Assembly: GCA_038821645.1 (NCBI GenBank)
Contig: JAWBDT010000014.1
Coordinates: 1-53,995 of the forward strand
Length of the DNA: 53,995 bases
Direction of reading: 5' to 3'
From: Ignisphaera sp.
GTDB taxonomy: Archaea > Thermoproteota > Thermoprotei_A > Sulfolobales > Ignisphaeraceae
This document shows, one piece after another, positions 40,611 to 48,971 of the stretch (its first letter is position 1; each line of letters begins with the position of its first letter). Position numbers and translations under genes: made by a program. A model generated the notes under the pieces. The model was not told the origin of the DNA and did not search any database. It saw nothing but the letters and a program-made list of their open reading frames with translations.

Positions 40611-41045
40611 CTATGTCTTCTGTTTATCTACAACAACAATATTCTCTATTACTGTATAGGGATAAAGACCTCTTTCATCTTTTTCATATTTTTTAACCAT
40701 ATCCCATATATTTAGAAGTGCCAAAGCTACAGCTGTAAGAGCTTCCATTTCAACACCTGTTCTTTCTCTAGCTTTTACTGTGACTTCTACACATATTCTA
40801 TTGTTTTCCAATAATATACGTGGTTCGACATAATCTATTCTTATTTGGTGACAAAATGGTAATAGTAAAGAGGTCTTCTTAGCCCCCTCTATAGCTACTA
40901 CCTGTGTAACTGTAAGTACATCTCCTTTCTCTACTTCACCATTTATTATTTTCTTTAGAGTCTCAGGTTTAAGCCTTATACATCCTCTAGCTACTGCAAT
41001 CCTATAAACTTCCTCTTTATTACTAACATCAACCATTCTAGCCAT
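40611..41045 (-). CDS. moaC: Cyclic pyranopterin monophosphate synthase
   Basis: MVDVSNK, KGDVL, AKKTS.LLPFCH, TGVEMEALT, IWDMVK. Confidence 0.95.
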   Translation of the reverse strand: MARMVDVSNKEEVYRIAVARGCIRLKPETLKKIINGEVEKGDVLTVTQVVAIEGAKKTSLLLPFCHQIRIDYVEPRILLENNRICVEVTVKARERTGVEMEALTAVALALLNIWDMVKKYEKDERGLYPYTVIENIVVVDKQKT

Positions 41046-41080
41046 ATACTCTTCACTCAGTTCTATTCCATATACTTCAT

Positions 41081-42409
41081 TTATACATTTAATGTTGTAT
41101 TTTGATTAAATCTCTTTAGAAGATCTTGAATAGATGGTGTATTTCTATTCTTTGTATATTTTTCAAGAAGAATAAATACACAGAATTGACCACACATAGT
41201 ACAACCTTTAACATTTTCTCTAAACTGTGTACGTATACTTCTAGATTTCTCTGGATCTAGACTAAGCTCTATCTGTTTCTCCCAATCTAGATTTGCTCTA
41301 GCTAAGCTCATCTCTATATCGTGTAGAGCTGCTATAGAACCACGTTTAATTATGTCTCCAGCATGTGCAGCTATTTTTGTTGCTATAAGTCCTTCCTTGA
41401 CTTGTTCTACATTTGGTAAAGATAGATGTTCAGATGGTGTTAAATAACATATAAAGTCTGCACCTGCTGCTGCAGCTATAGCTGCACCTATTGCTGTAGC
41501 TATGTGGTCGTATCCTAAAGCTATATCTGTTACAAGAGGTCCTAAAACAAAGTATGGAACGCCGCCGCTTAAGCTCTTCATAAGCTTTATATCTGCAACA
41601 ATTTTATCTAATGTCATGTGACCAGGTCCTTCGATAATGACTTTAACACCTTTAGCGATAGCATCTCGTGCAAGTCTCGAGTTATTTAATAGTTCAGCTA
41701 TCTGAAAATAATCGTGTGCATCAACTATTGTTCCAGGTCTAAGCGCGTCTCCTAAACTTATTGTTGCTTCATATTCTTTGAATAGTTCGAGAAGATACTC
41801 CCAATGCTTTAGGTACGGATTCTCTTCAGAATTCTCAAGCATCCATACAGCAAGCATAGAGCCTCCTCTACTAACTATGGGCATCAGTCTATTACTTCTC
41901 ATAGATTTTTCAGCCAACTCTCTAGTTAGACCTGCATGTATAGTCATGAAGTCTACACCATCTTTTAGATGTTTCTCTACAATAGATATATACCAGTCAG
42001 AAGGAAATGCTGTAGACCCGAATTTTTTTACACCATCTATCCATGCTTGATACGTAGGCACTGTACCAAAAGGTATAGAGCTAGCTATAGATAGAAGTTT
42101 TCTTCTAATTTCATCAATATCTCCACCTGTACTAAGATCCATAACGCTATCTGCTCCATAGAGCATTGCTACCTTAACCTTTTCAACCTCTAGATCTAAA
42201 TCTACATAAGATCCGCTAGTCCCAACATTAACATTAACTTTTGTGCTCAGTCCTTCTCCAAGAGCTACTGGAGTTACATTTTTCCTCTTTATATTCCTTA
42301 GAACAACTATTCTACCAGTTTTCATACCTCTGATGATCTTATCTACATCAACTTTCTCTTTCAATGCTATAGATCTGATCTCCTCGTCCACGATATTCTG
42401 TGTAACCAC
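41081..42409 (-). CDS. thiC: Phosphomethylpyrimidine synthase
   Basis: [63 protein letters not shown]. Confidence 0.95.
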   Translation of the reverse strand: MVTQNIVDEEIRSIALKEKVDVDKIIRGMKTGRIVVLRNIKRKNVTPVALGEGLSTKVNVNVGTSGSYVDLDLEVEKVKVAMLYGADSVMDLSTGGDIDEIRRKLLSIASSIPFGTVPTYQAWIDGVKKFGSTAFPSDWYISIVEKHLKDGVDFMTIHAGLTRELAEKSMRSNRLMPIVSRGGSMLAVWMLENSEENPYLKHWEYLLELFKEYEATISLGDALRPGTIVDAHDYFQIAELLNNSRLARDAIAKGVKVIIEGPGHMTLDKIVADIKLMKSLSGGVPYFVLGPLVTDIALGYDHIATAIGAAIAAAAGADFICYLTPSEHLSLPNVEQVKEGLIATKIAAHAGDIIKRGSIAALHDIEMSLARANLDWEKQIELSLDPEKSRSIRTQFRENVKGCTMCGQFCVFILLEKYTKNRNTPSIQDLLKRFNQNTTLNV

Positions 42410-42429
42410 AATTACAGCCCTCTACAATG

Positions 42430-42446
42430 AAGATACTCAGTATCTT
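42430..42446. promoter_or_regulatory. Palindromic operator candidate at thiC promoter
   Basis: AAGATACT-C-AGTATCTT perfect inverted repeat abutting the minus-strand TTATTAAG box. Confidence 0.5.
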
Positions 42447-42510
42447 AATAACCCTATCTAATATAACTTATTGAAACACATTTTACTGTATGTAGAGCTC
42501 TATAGTTTAT

Positions 42511-43194
42511 GTGTTTCTCGATCTCTACATCTCCTTTGGTGACTCCTCTTTGAATCTATTGGTAAAAATGTACATAGATTTCTTATATAGTGAACTTGAA
42601 CCAGATGTTGTAGAAGAGATAATGAATATACCTCCAGGTCTCAAGATACTTAGGAACAACACAAAAAGTAACCTATTTGATCATCCACATATAGTTTTGT
42701 GGCACAAATTTCTACTAAGGTACTTTAATCCAGAATACAGCAGTAAGCCCTACGCCATACTTATGCCGTGTACCCCGATTAAACCCTATAGGTTATCTGC
42801 AACACACAGAATAGTAGATTCCACACTATATAGACTTAGACTAGATCATTATACCCAGATCTATGTGCTTTCTGAGCCCATGGTTATAGTACCTAGAGAA
42901 CTAGATATATACTATCCTTTTGCAAACTATGAGTATCCAATATATGAGCTTTCTGAAGAATATAGAGAAAGATTTGTATCACTTCTATCTATTATTCTAC
43001 CTAAGCTAGAGTACCATAAGAAGATAATAGCAGTACTTCCAAAACACCATAAAGCAATACTTCTCGAAAGCTTCAAGAAATCGAAAATGAATACCAACAT
43101 CGAGATCCTAGACTACGGAAAAAAGAGCTTTAGCTCAGTAAGAAAAGCTGTAGACATTGTTACAAAATACATAAAGGAATACAGTTACCGTTAA
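42511..43194 (+). CDS. DUF5591 (archaeosine synthase ArcS-related) domain protein
   Basis: ILMPCTPIKPYRLSATH, LSEPMVIVPREL, YPFANYEYP. Confidence 0.7.
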   Translation: MFLDLYISFGDSSLNLLVKMYIDFLYSELEPDVVEEIMNIPPGLKILRNNTKSNLFDHPHIVLWHKFLLRYFNPEYSSKPYAILMPCTPIKPYRLSATHRIVDSTLYRLRLDHYTQIYVLSEPMVIVPRELDIYYPFANYEYPIYELSEEYRERFVSLLSIILPKLEYHKKIIAVLPKHHKAILLESFKKSKMNTNIEILDYGKKSFSSVRKAVDIVTKYIKEYSYR

Positions 43195-43228
43195 CTCCAT
43201 TGATCTTGCGTTCTACTAGTGAATTTAA

Positions 43229-44587
43229 TTACCCTTTCTCTAGCCTAATTAAACTGTAGAGTGATGATAGAAGTAGAGGAAACGCTATAACTAGTGATAC
43301 ATAGTTTTTATGAACAAAAGACATAACTACTGTTGGTAGAGATAGAGATAAGGCTAGTACTTCAGAAATATCGAATCTAGATCTAGAAGAAAAGACCTTA
43401 GGAGTTATCCTATATCTATAGCTTAATCTAAATAGACCTCTTAATGCATATATCCCCAGCAAAGGTGATAAAAGTGTATATATTGCTCCAACTCTTCCAG
43501 AGAAATATATTCTCTTCCATCTATCTATCTTGAGCACCTTATTGCTATAGATATTAAATACCAGAGATTGGATAGATAGAGTTATAGCTATAGGTAATAC
43601 ATATGTTGGACTTACACTAACACCTCTCTCTATTATAGAGCATATTAAAGCTGTTGAAAAAGCAAGTAATGCAAATATGCTGGAGATGGGTTGAAAAACA
43701 TAGAGTAGAGCTTCTAGCTTCCTCCAAAGATCTATAGGAGCTTCAATAACCCTATCGAGAAATCTTGAAATAATATTCATGGCACCGTAACTCCATCTAC
43801 ATTGCTGAACTCTAGCTGCATTAAGTGTCTTGGGGACACCGACATCTATATAGCTGTTGATTAATCTAGGCCTTATACCTCTATACATAAGTTCGAAACC
43901 AAGCCAAATATCGTCTTGAATCACATCGATTCTCCAGAAACCTATAGATTTAAGCAAATCTTTATCTATAGCTGTTCCAGACCCCAGAGGATATATGAAG
44001 AGGTTAAGTCTTGATCTAAGCTCGTAGTAAATCCAGCTACCAAATCTAGTTATATATGCCATACCTTCTTCAACTTTTGTATAAGAATCTATGTAGGGAT
44101 TCCAAATACCTACACACACATCTCTGCATCTCTTAGCTTTACACAGAAGTTCTTTTGATGGAACTGTATCTACATCAGCTATAAACACTACATCGCCTTG
44201 AGATAATTTAGCACCATCAGATAAAGCACTATTTCTACCACCAAAACTATTGAATCTAGCAACTACAATACCTCTAGAGAAAAACATAGAATCCATAGAA
44301 GAAACAACACTAACAACATAATTAATACTATCATCAAAAACAACTACAATATCATCAACACACTCAATCCCAGATAAAATAACCAAATTCCTAACAACCA
44401 GATCTCTAGGCTCATTCCTAGAAGGTACAACAACAGAAAGACTTCTAGAATCATCTCGCTCGTTCTCTATAAAATCTGCAGTATCAAGTCTAGAGCATCG
44501 GAGCATTATTAAAGCAGGATAAATTGTTGAAAGAAATATTGATAAAAAGAAAAACAAGTAGCTAATAAAAGATATCAATACCAACAT
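43229..44587 (-). CDS. GT2 processive glycosyltransferase (cellulose-synthase-like)
   Basis: VVVPSRNEP, FDD, DVD, QDD, QQCRW; TM helices at both ends. Confidence 0.85.
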   Translation of the reverse strand: MLVLISFISYLFFFLSIFLSTIYPALIMLRCSRLDTADFIENERDDSRSLSVVVPSRNEPRDLVVRNLVILSGIECVDDIVVVFDDSINYVVSVVSSMDSMFFSRGIVVARFNSFGGRNSALSDGAKLSQGDVVFIADVDTVPSKELLCKAKRCRDVCVGIWNPYIDSYTKVEEGMAYITRFGSWIYYELRSRLNLFIYPLGSGTAIDKDLLKSIGFWRIDVIQDDIWLGFELMYRGIRPRLINSYIDVGVPKTLNAARVQQCRWSYGAMNIISRFLDRVIEAPIDLWRKLEALLYVFQPISSIFALLAFSTALICSIIERGVSVSPTYVLPIAITLSIQSLVFNIYSNKVLKIDRWKRIYFSGRVGAIYTLLSPLLGIYALRGLFRLSYRYRITPKVFSSRSRFDISEVLALSLSLPTVVMSFVHKNYVSLVIAFPLLLSSLYSLIRLEKG

Positions 44588-44813
44588 CCATCACCAATAT
44601 TGTAGACACAATAAATCTACATAAAAATTTAACCTAGCTTTAACAAATACATTGAGTAAATCAAAGAATAACATACTTATTGAAAACAAGATTAATTGAA
44701 TACAAAAACACTTCTAAATAACAACACCTATACAACTAAATTCCGATTATAAAGCTCTATAAATAAAAGATTGAAAAATATATGCTGAAAAGATCTAAAA
44801 ACAGATATTATGT

Positions 44814-45230
44814 TTATACAGTAAATGTATATCTAGCTTCAGTACCTCTTGCAGTAATTACAATAACCTCATAAACATTTCCAGAGGTTAAAGAACAGGA
44901 GATAGTTACTGAGCCACTACTTTTAGTATTTACAGTTGCTCCAGGGCTTGCTGAACATACTGTTTGACCGTTGTTATCTAATACTGCAGCATAAGCTATA
45001 TCTACATTTACAGAACCGAGATTAAGAACATAGACAGTAATAGCTTTGGTTGATGAATTATAATTTATCCCTGTTATTCTTATTCTTTCTTGTAGTGCTT
45101 GTTGTTCTGATGGTGGTGCTCTAGCTACTGCTCCTGATACCCATGTCCATAAGAGTACTCCTGCTGCTACTGCTATCATTACGAGTATTACTGTTGCTAC
45201 TATAGGTGAAATACCTTTCCTTGCCGACAT
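44814..45230 (-). CDS. Archaeal type IV pilin
   Basis: Class III signal peptide MSARKG/ISPIVATVILVMIAVAAG; QERIRI, VYVLNLG; start moved to ATG 45230 (SD GGTGA). Confidence 0.92.
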   Translation of the reverse strand: MSARKGISPIVATVILVMIAVAAGVLLWTWVSGAVARAPPSEQQALQERIRITGINYNSSTKAITVYVLNLGSVNVDIAYAAVLDNNGQTVCSASPGATVNTKSSGSVTISCSLTSGNVYEVIVITARGTEARYTFTV

Positions 45231-45434
45231 AGGTTTCACCAAATCCATGTCTATAGTTGCTGGATATTATTGTTGGGTTTTAGAAGCGACTAGTGAGCTA
45301 GATACTCAATGTTCTATATACGTGTGTATAGTTTCTACTAGAAGTCTTTTTGTGATTTGTTTTCGCTTTATGTTCTGTATTTATTAGGTTTCTTGAGTAT
45401 CTAGGTGCTTGGTGTAGAGAGTAGGTGATGGTGA

Positions 45435-46328
45435 TTGGTATTAGGTTCTGTTTCTAGTTTTTTGTATAGGTTGTATGGAGTTGTGTATAGCTTTTTGTAT
45501 AGTTTCTATAGGGGGTTGGGTGTTGATAGATTTGTTGTTGGTTCTGGTCTTTCACCTAGTCTAGAGAGATATGTGTCTATTGTTTTTAAGCTTATTATCT
45601 GTATATTGGTGTCTATGATTTTGATTGTATCAATTTTTCTATACAGTGCTTACGGTTTGAATCCCTATCTCTCTATAGCTATATCATTTGTGTTTAATTT
45701 GTTTGTTGTATTACCTATATCTATTGTATTCTCAATTGTTTTACCTAAGTCTATGTATTCTAATAGAGGATCTATTGTAGAATCTAAGATGCCTATACTG
45801 TTATCGGCTATGGCTTTTCTTTCTTCTGCCGGTCTATCTCTACATGAGATGGTTTCTAAAATAGGTATGTTTCTTGGTGATGACTATAGGTTCTTCTCTG
45901 TAGAACTAGATATAGTTAGATCATATATACGTATAGGTGTACCTCTTGAAGAAGCTTTAAGGTATGTAGCTCATCTAACTCCTTCGCAATCGTTTAGAGA
46001 ACTTCTTCTAGGTCTTTCATCGATTTCTGTTATTGGAGGTGATATAGGGTCTTTTATTAGATCTATGTTTGATAGATATGTATCCAGATACGAGCTTATG
46101 ATTGAGAAGGCTGTAAATAGTCTGAATGTGTATATGGAGGTATATGTAGCTGTATCGCTCCTGATTCCCGTTTTAGCTGGATCTACAGCTGTTTTATTCA
46201 TTCTATCACCTATAGCAGGAATATCTTTTGAAGCTTTCATGGCTCTAGTAACATTTATATTGATACCTATACCATCTGCTGTAATAATAGTTTTAGCTGA
46301 CACTATTGTATCTAGATTGAGGCCTTAG
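45435..46328 (+). CDS. Type IV pilus membrane platform protein (TadC/T2SSF family)
   Basis: TM pair, ESKMP.LL..M..LSSAG, G.PLEEAL...TPS..FRELL, C-terminal TMs. Confidence 0.85.
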   Translation: MVLGSVSSFLYRLYGVVYSFLYSFYRGLGVDRFVVGSGLSPSLERYVSIVFKLIICILVSMILIVSIFLYSAYGLNPYLSIAISFVFNLFVVLPISIVFSIVLPKSMYSNRGSIVESKMPILLSAMAFLSSAGLSLHEMVSKIGMFLGDDYRFFSVELDIVRSYIRIGVPLEEALRYVAHLTPSQSFRELLLGLSSISVIGGDIGSFIRSMFDRYVSRYELMIEKAVNSLNVYMEVYVAVSLLIPVLAGSTAVLFILSPIAGISFEAFMALVTFILIPIPSAVIIVLADTIVSRLRP

Positions 46329-46330
46329 CT

Positions 46331-47236
46331 ATGATAAAGAAGGCTTTAGTTATAGCTCTAGGTACCTCATTTATTCTAATCATCCCTATATATGTGGCTC
46401 CCACAATATCTAGATTACTGGGTTTAGATCTCTTTAACGGAATAGAAGGTATATACATAGATATCTCAAATGATGTTCTCCCCATACCTATCTATAGATC
46501 TAGTGATGTATATCTATTTGTTGGATTTGTTTATGGAGCTATAGCTTTTTGCCTCTATATGCTGTATAGAGATTCTGTGTATATGCGTATGAAACTTAGG
46601 GAACAAATCCAGTCAATGGTTCCGTTAGTAGTTTCGTATGTTAGAACTGGAACACCTATCTTAACAGCTATAGAGAATGCTGCTAATTTTGTTGGAGATC
46701 CAACTAAATCTTATTTAACTAGATTTGTAGAACTTGTTAAACTTGGGTATAGTCCTGAGGAATCAATGCGCAACATATTTAGGGGTATTCCAAGAGATGT
46801 CTTATCGGTGTATCTATCTATAGCTGTGGCTATGTCTAGTGGTGGACGTGTTCACGATGTACTATCAACTGCTGAGAGATATTTGAATCAGATGAGTAGA
46901 TTAGAGGAAATGAGGAAGAACCGTCTAGAGGGATACAAAGCTATACTGATTCTAGCATTAATGGCGTTTACTGTTAGTGCTATAGTTACAACTATACTTG
47001 TGTCTTATGTTGCTAGAATGAGTCCTATACCTATATCTACTACACCACAGAGTCGAGTAGATATAGCTAGAGTTCTATCCTATTACTACACACTTATACT
47101 TGTACTAACCCCTCTTACATCGATAGCTTTAAGCAGAATAGTGTACAACGAAACAGCTATAGCTTTAAAGTACACAGCATTATTCATAACAACTATATCT
47201 ACAGTCTTTGCTCTAGCCTATAAATTGTTTCTCTAG
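46331..47236 (+). CDS. Second type IV pilus membrane platform protein (TadB/T2SSF family)
   Basis: VRTGTPILTAIE, LG.SPEESM, SSGGRVHDVL, C-terminal TMs; 2-nt gap from previous gene. Confidence 0.8.
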   Translation: MIKKALVIALGTSFILIIPIYVAPTISRLLGLDLFNGIEGIYIDISNDVLPIPIYRSSDVYLFVGFVYGAIAFCLYMLYRDSVYMRMKLREQIQSMVPLVVSYVRTGTPILTAIENAANFVGDPTKSYLTRFVELVKLGYSPEESMRNIFRGIPRDVLSVYLSIAVAMSSGGRVHDVLSTAERYLNQMSRLEEMRKNRLEGYKAILILALMAFTVSAIVTTILVSYVARMSPIPISTTPQSRVDIARVLSYYYTLILVLTPLTSIALSRIVYNETAIALKYTALFITTISTVFALAYKLFL

Positions 47237-47338
47237 ACAATTCAAGAGAGAATCCATAACCTCAAAATGTTCACAGAATCATTCAAACCAACATATACTA
47301 AAAATCCCTCTCATCAACCTGTTTAACTTATTAATGCT

Positions 47339-47353
47339 GAAAAGTTTTTAGTA
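47339..47353 (+). promoter_or_regulatory. BRE/TATA-like promoter for a probably leaderless 47375 gene
   Basis: GAAAAG-TTTTTAGTA ending 22 nt before ATG 47375. Confidence 0.5.
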
Positions 47354-47374
47354 GATAGCAAGTGGGTTTCAGCA

Positions 47375-48433
47375 ATGCCTAAGAAAAAAGTGCGAACTTC
47401 AGAAGGCTTTATAGTTGATGAAGAGAGTGGTGAAGTTCTAGATGACACAGCTATAGATTTTGAGCATCCTGAGTATAGAGCCTATAGTTATGAAGAATAC
47501 CGAAGAAAGGCTCACTACGAACCTATTCAAAAGGTTTATGGAGATAGGCTCTGTGTAGATGATGAAGTTGCTGAGAGGATAGTTTCACAGATAATACCGG
47601 GGCTCGTCGAGATAATTAAGGTGTATCTGAGGAAGAGTTTGTGTAGTGCTGATAGAGATGAGGTGTATCGTTTCTTTTCTTCTCTCTGGGGCAACGTTGG
47701 TGCAGAGATTGTTAGAGGAGTTATAGAGAAAAGACTTAGCATGTCTTTACCAGAGTCACAGGCATATGATTTAGCGGGACTAGATGGTTTGACAGTATTT
47801 AGATGTCTGAAGAACGCTGGACTTGATGAAAGTTCTGTTGTTGAAGCGATAAAGAGTTTTATCGAGGGTTTCGAACCTAGAGATAGCTACACATATACCT
47901 TAGTGAGAGACTTATTCACATCAATTAGAAACGGAAAGCAGAGTGCCTTGATAAGGTGGATCTCTAAACCTATCGACAATGTTATAGATATGGATTACGC
48001 TGTACGTGTTTTTAGCGTAGAGCCTAAGAAGCTTAGAAATGTTGTGTATCTTGTGGTTAAGATTCGTGGACTAGGTGTACAGATAACATCAACTAAAATC
48101 GATATATCGTCGAGGTATGGTGAAGAGAGTATTGTGATAGAGACTATAGACCATTTATCGAGGAGGCTAGGTATAGAGCTTTCTAAGCCTATACCCATGA
48201 TAGCTACAGTCATAGTCAAGATGCCGTTCAAAATAAATCTTCAAACATTATCCAGATTCGAGAATGCTTCTCCCCAGGGCAACAGAGTAAAGATTATGGG
48301 GCAAGGATATACAGCACTTGTATATCCATCGACCATTAACATGTATATAAATCTAGCTGGAACACTTGACAGAATTGGTGTGGCTCTAGCTCAAGCACTT
48401 CCAACAGTATGTACATATGCAGAAAAAAAGTAA
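47375..48433 (+). CDS. TFB N-terminal (B-ribbon/B-reader)-like domain fused to a divergent TBP-like domain
   Basis: aa 9-47 EGFIVDEESGEVLDDTAIDFEHPEYRAYSYEE resembles crenarchaeal TFB GEYICxETGEVLEDxIIDxGPEWRAFTPEE. aa ~190-350 show a two-repeat TBP pattern. Confidence 0.7.
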   Translation: MPKKKVRTSEGFIVDEESGEVLDDTAIDFEHPEYRAYSYEEYRRKAHYEPIQKVYGDRLCVDDEVAERIVSQIIPGLVEIIKVYLRKSLCSADRDEVYRFFSSLWGNVGAEIVRGVIEKRLSMSLPESQAYDLAGLDGLTVFRCLKNAGLDESSVVEAIKSFIEGFEPRDSYTYTLVRDLFTSIRNGKQSALIRWISKPIDNVIDMDYAVRVFSVEPKKLRNVVYLVVKIRGLGVQITSTKIDISSRYGEESIVIETIDHLSRRLGIELSKPIPMIATVIVKMPFKINLQTLSRFENASPQGNRVKIMGQGYTALVYPSTINMYINLAGTLDRIGVALAQALPTVCTYAEKK

Positions 48434-48545
48434 TGATATTGTATTAACTTGGGCTTGCCACAAGATATCATTAATTAGATCCAATTAATTAGATCTAGCT
48501 GTCTACTCAACTAGATTAACAATCTGTAGCTTTAGGCATGTTTCA

Positions 48546-48833
48546 CTATTTCGATATTATCCTACTTAGATCCTCTATTACTTTCTCTGCTTCTGCTACA
48601 TCCTTGGCTTCGATAACATGTGAATGATCTGGTAACAGAACAACTGTGTACTTATCGTACTTGACTATATATACAGGTCCTTTGTCGAGATACTCACCAA
48701 GTTCAGCACCTAGTTGAGGATTCTTGAACACTCTAAGAAGTTTGGCAACAGTTGAGTATCTAAGAGCCTTAATCCCCTTGCTAAGGAAAGCAGTTTCGTC
48801 TTTCACAGATATAGACTTCGATACCTTAACCAT
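48546..48833 (-). CDS. Small protein, putative single TBP-like domain
   Basis: GPVYIVKYDKYTVVLLPDHSHVIEAKDVAEAEKVIEDL resembles TBP PGxIYRxxxPKxVxLxFSSGKxVxxGAKSxxDAxxAV; own TATA (48869-48877) and SD. Confidence 0.6.
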   Translation of the reverse strand: MVKVSKSISVKDETAFLSKGIKALRYSTVAKLLRVFKNPQLGAELGEYLDKGPVYIVKYDKYTVVLLPDHSHVIEAKDVAEAEKVIEDLSRIISK

Positions 48834-48971
48834 CTATCTACACCCACAGCCCATACATCCTCTGAGAGTTTATAAATATTGAATCAGTAAAACTAAAGAG
48901 GCTATTTCCTGTAGAGCATGTAGTGCTAGATTGATTGTGACTAATATGATGTAAATGTGTAGTGCATCTAT

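Noticed and set aside
42410-42510. TPP riboswitch upstream of thiC
   Set aside because: Region is short and AT-rich and lacks the conserved aptamer motifs
45231-45434. Canonical Orc1/Cdc6 replication origin at the skew switch
   Set aside because: No ORB repeats and no adjacent initiator gene; kept only as a skew observation
47260-47320. Minus-strand C/D-like sequence (TTGATGA...TTGA)
   Set aside because: D box non-canonical, no clear D' box or terminal stem
48470-48496. Tandem TTAATTAGATC repeat between convergent genes
   Set aside because: Only two short AT-rich copies; compatible with chance or slippage
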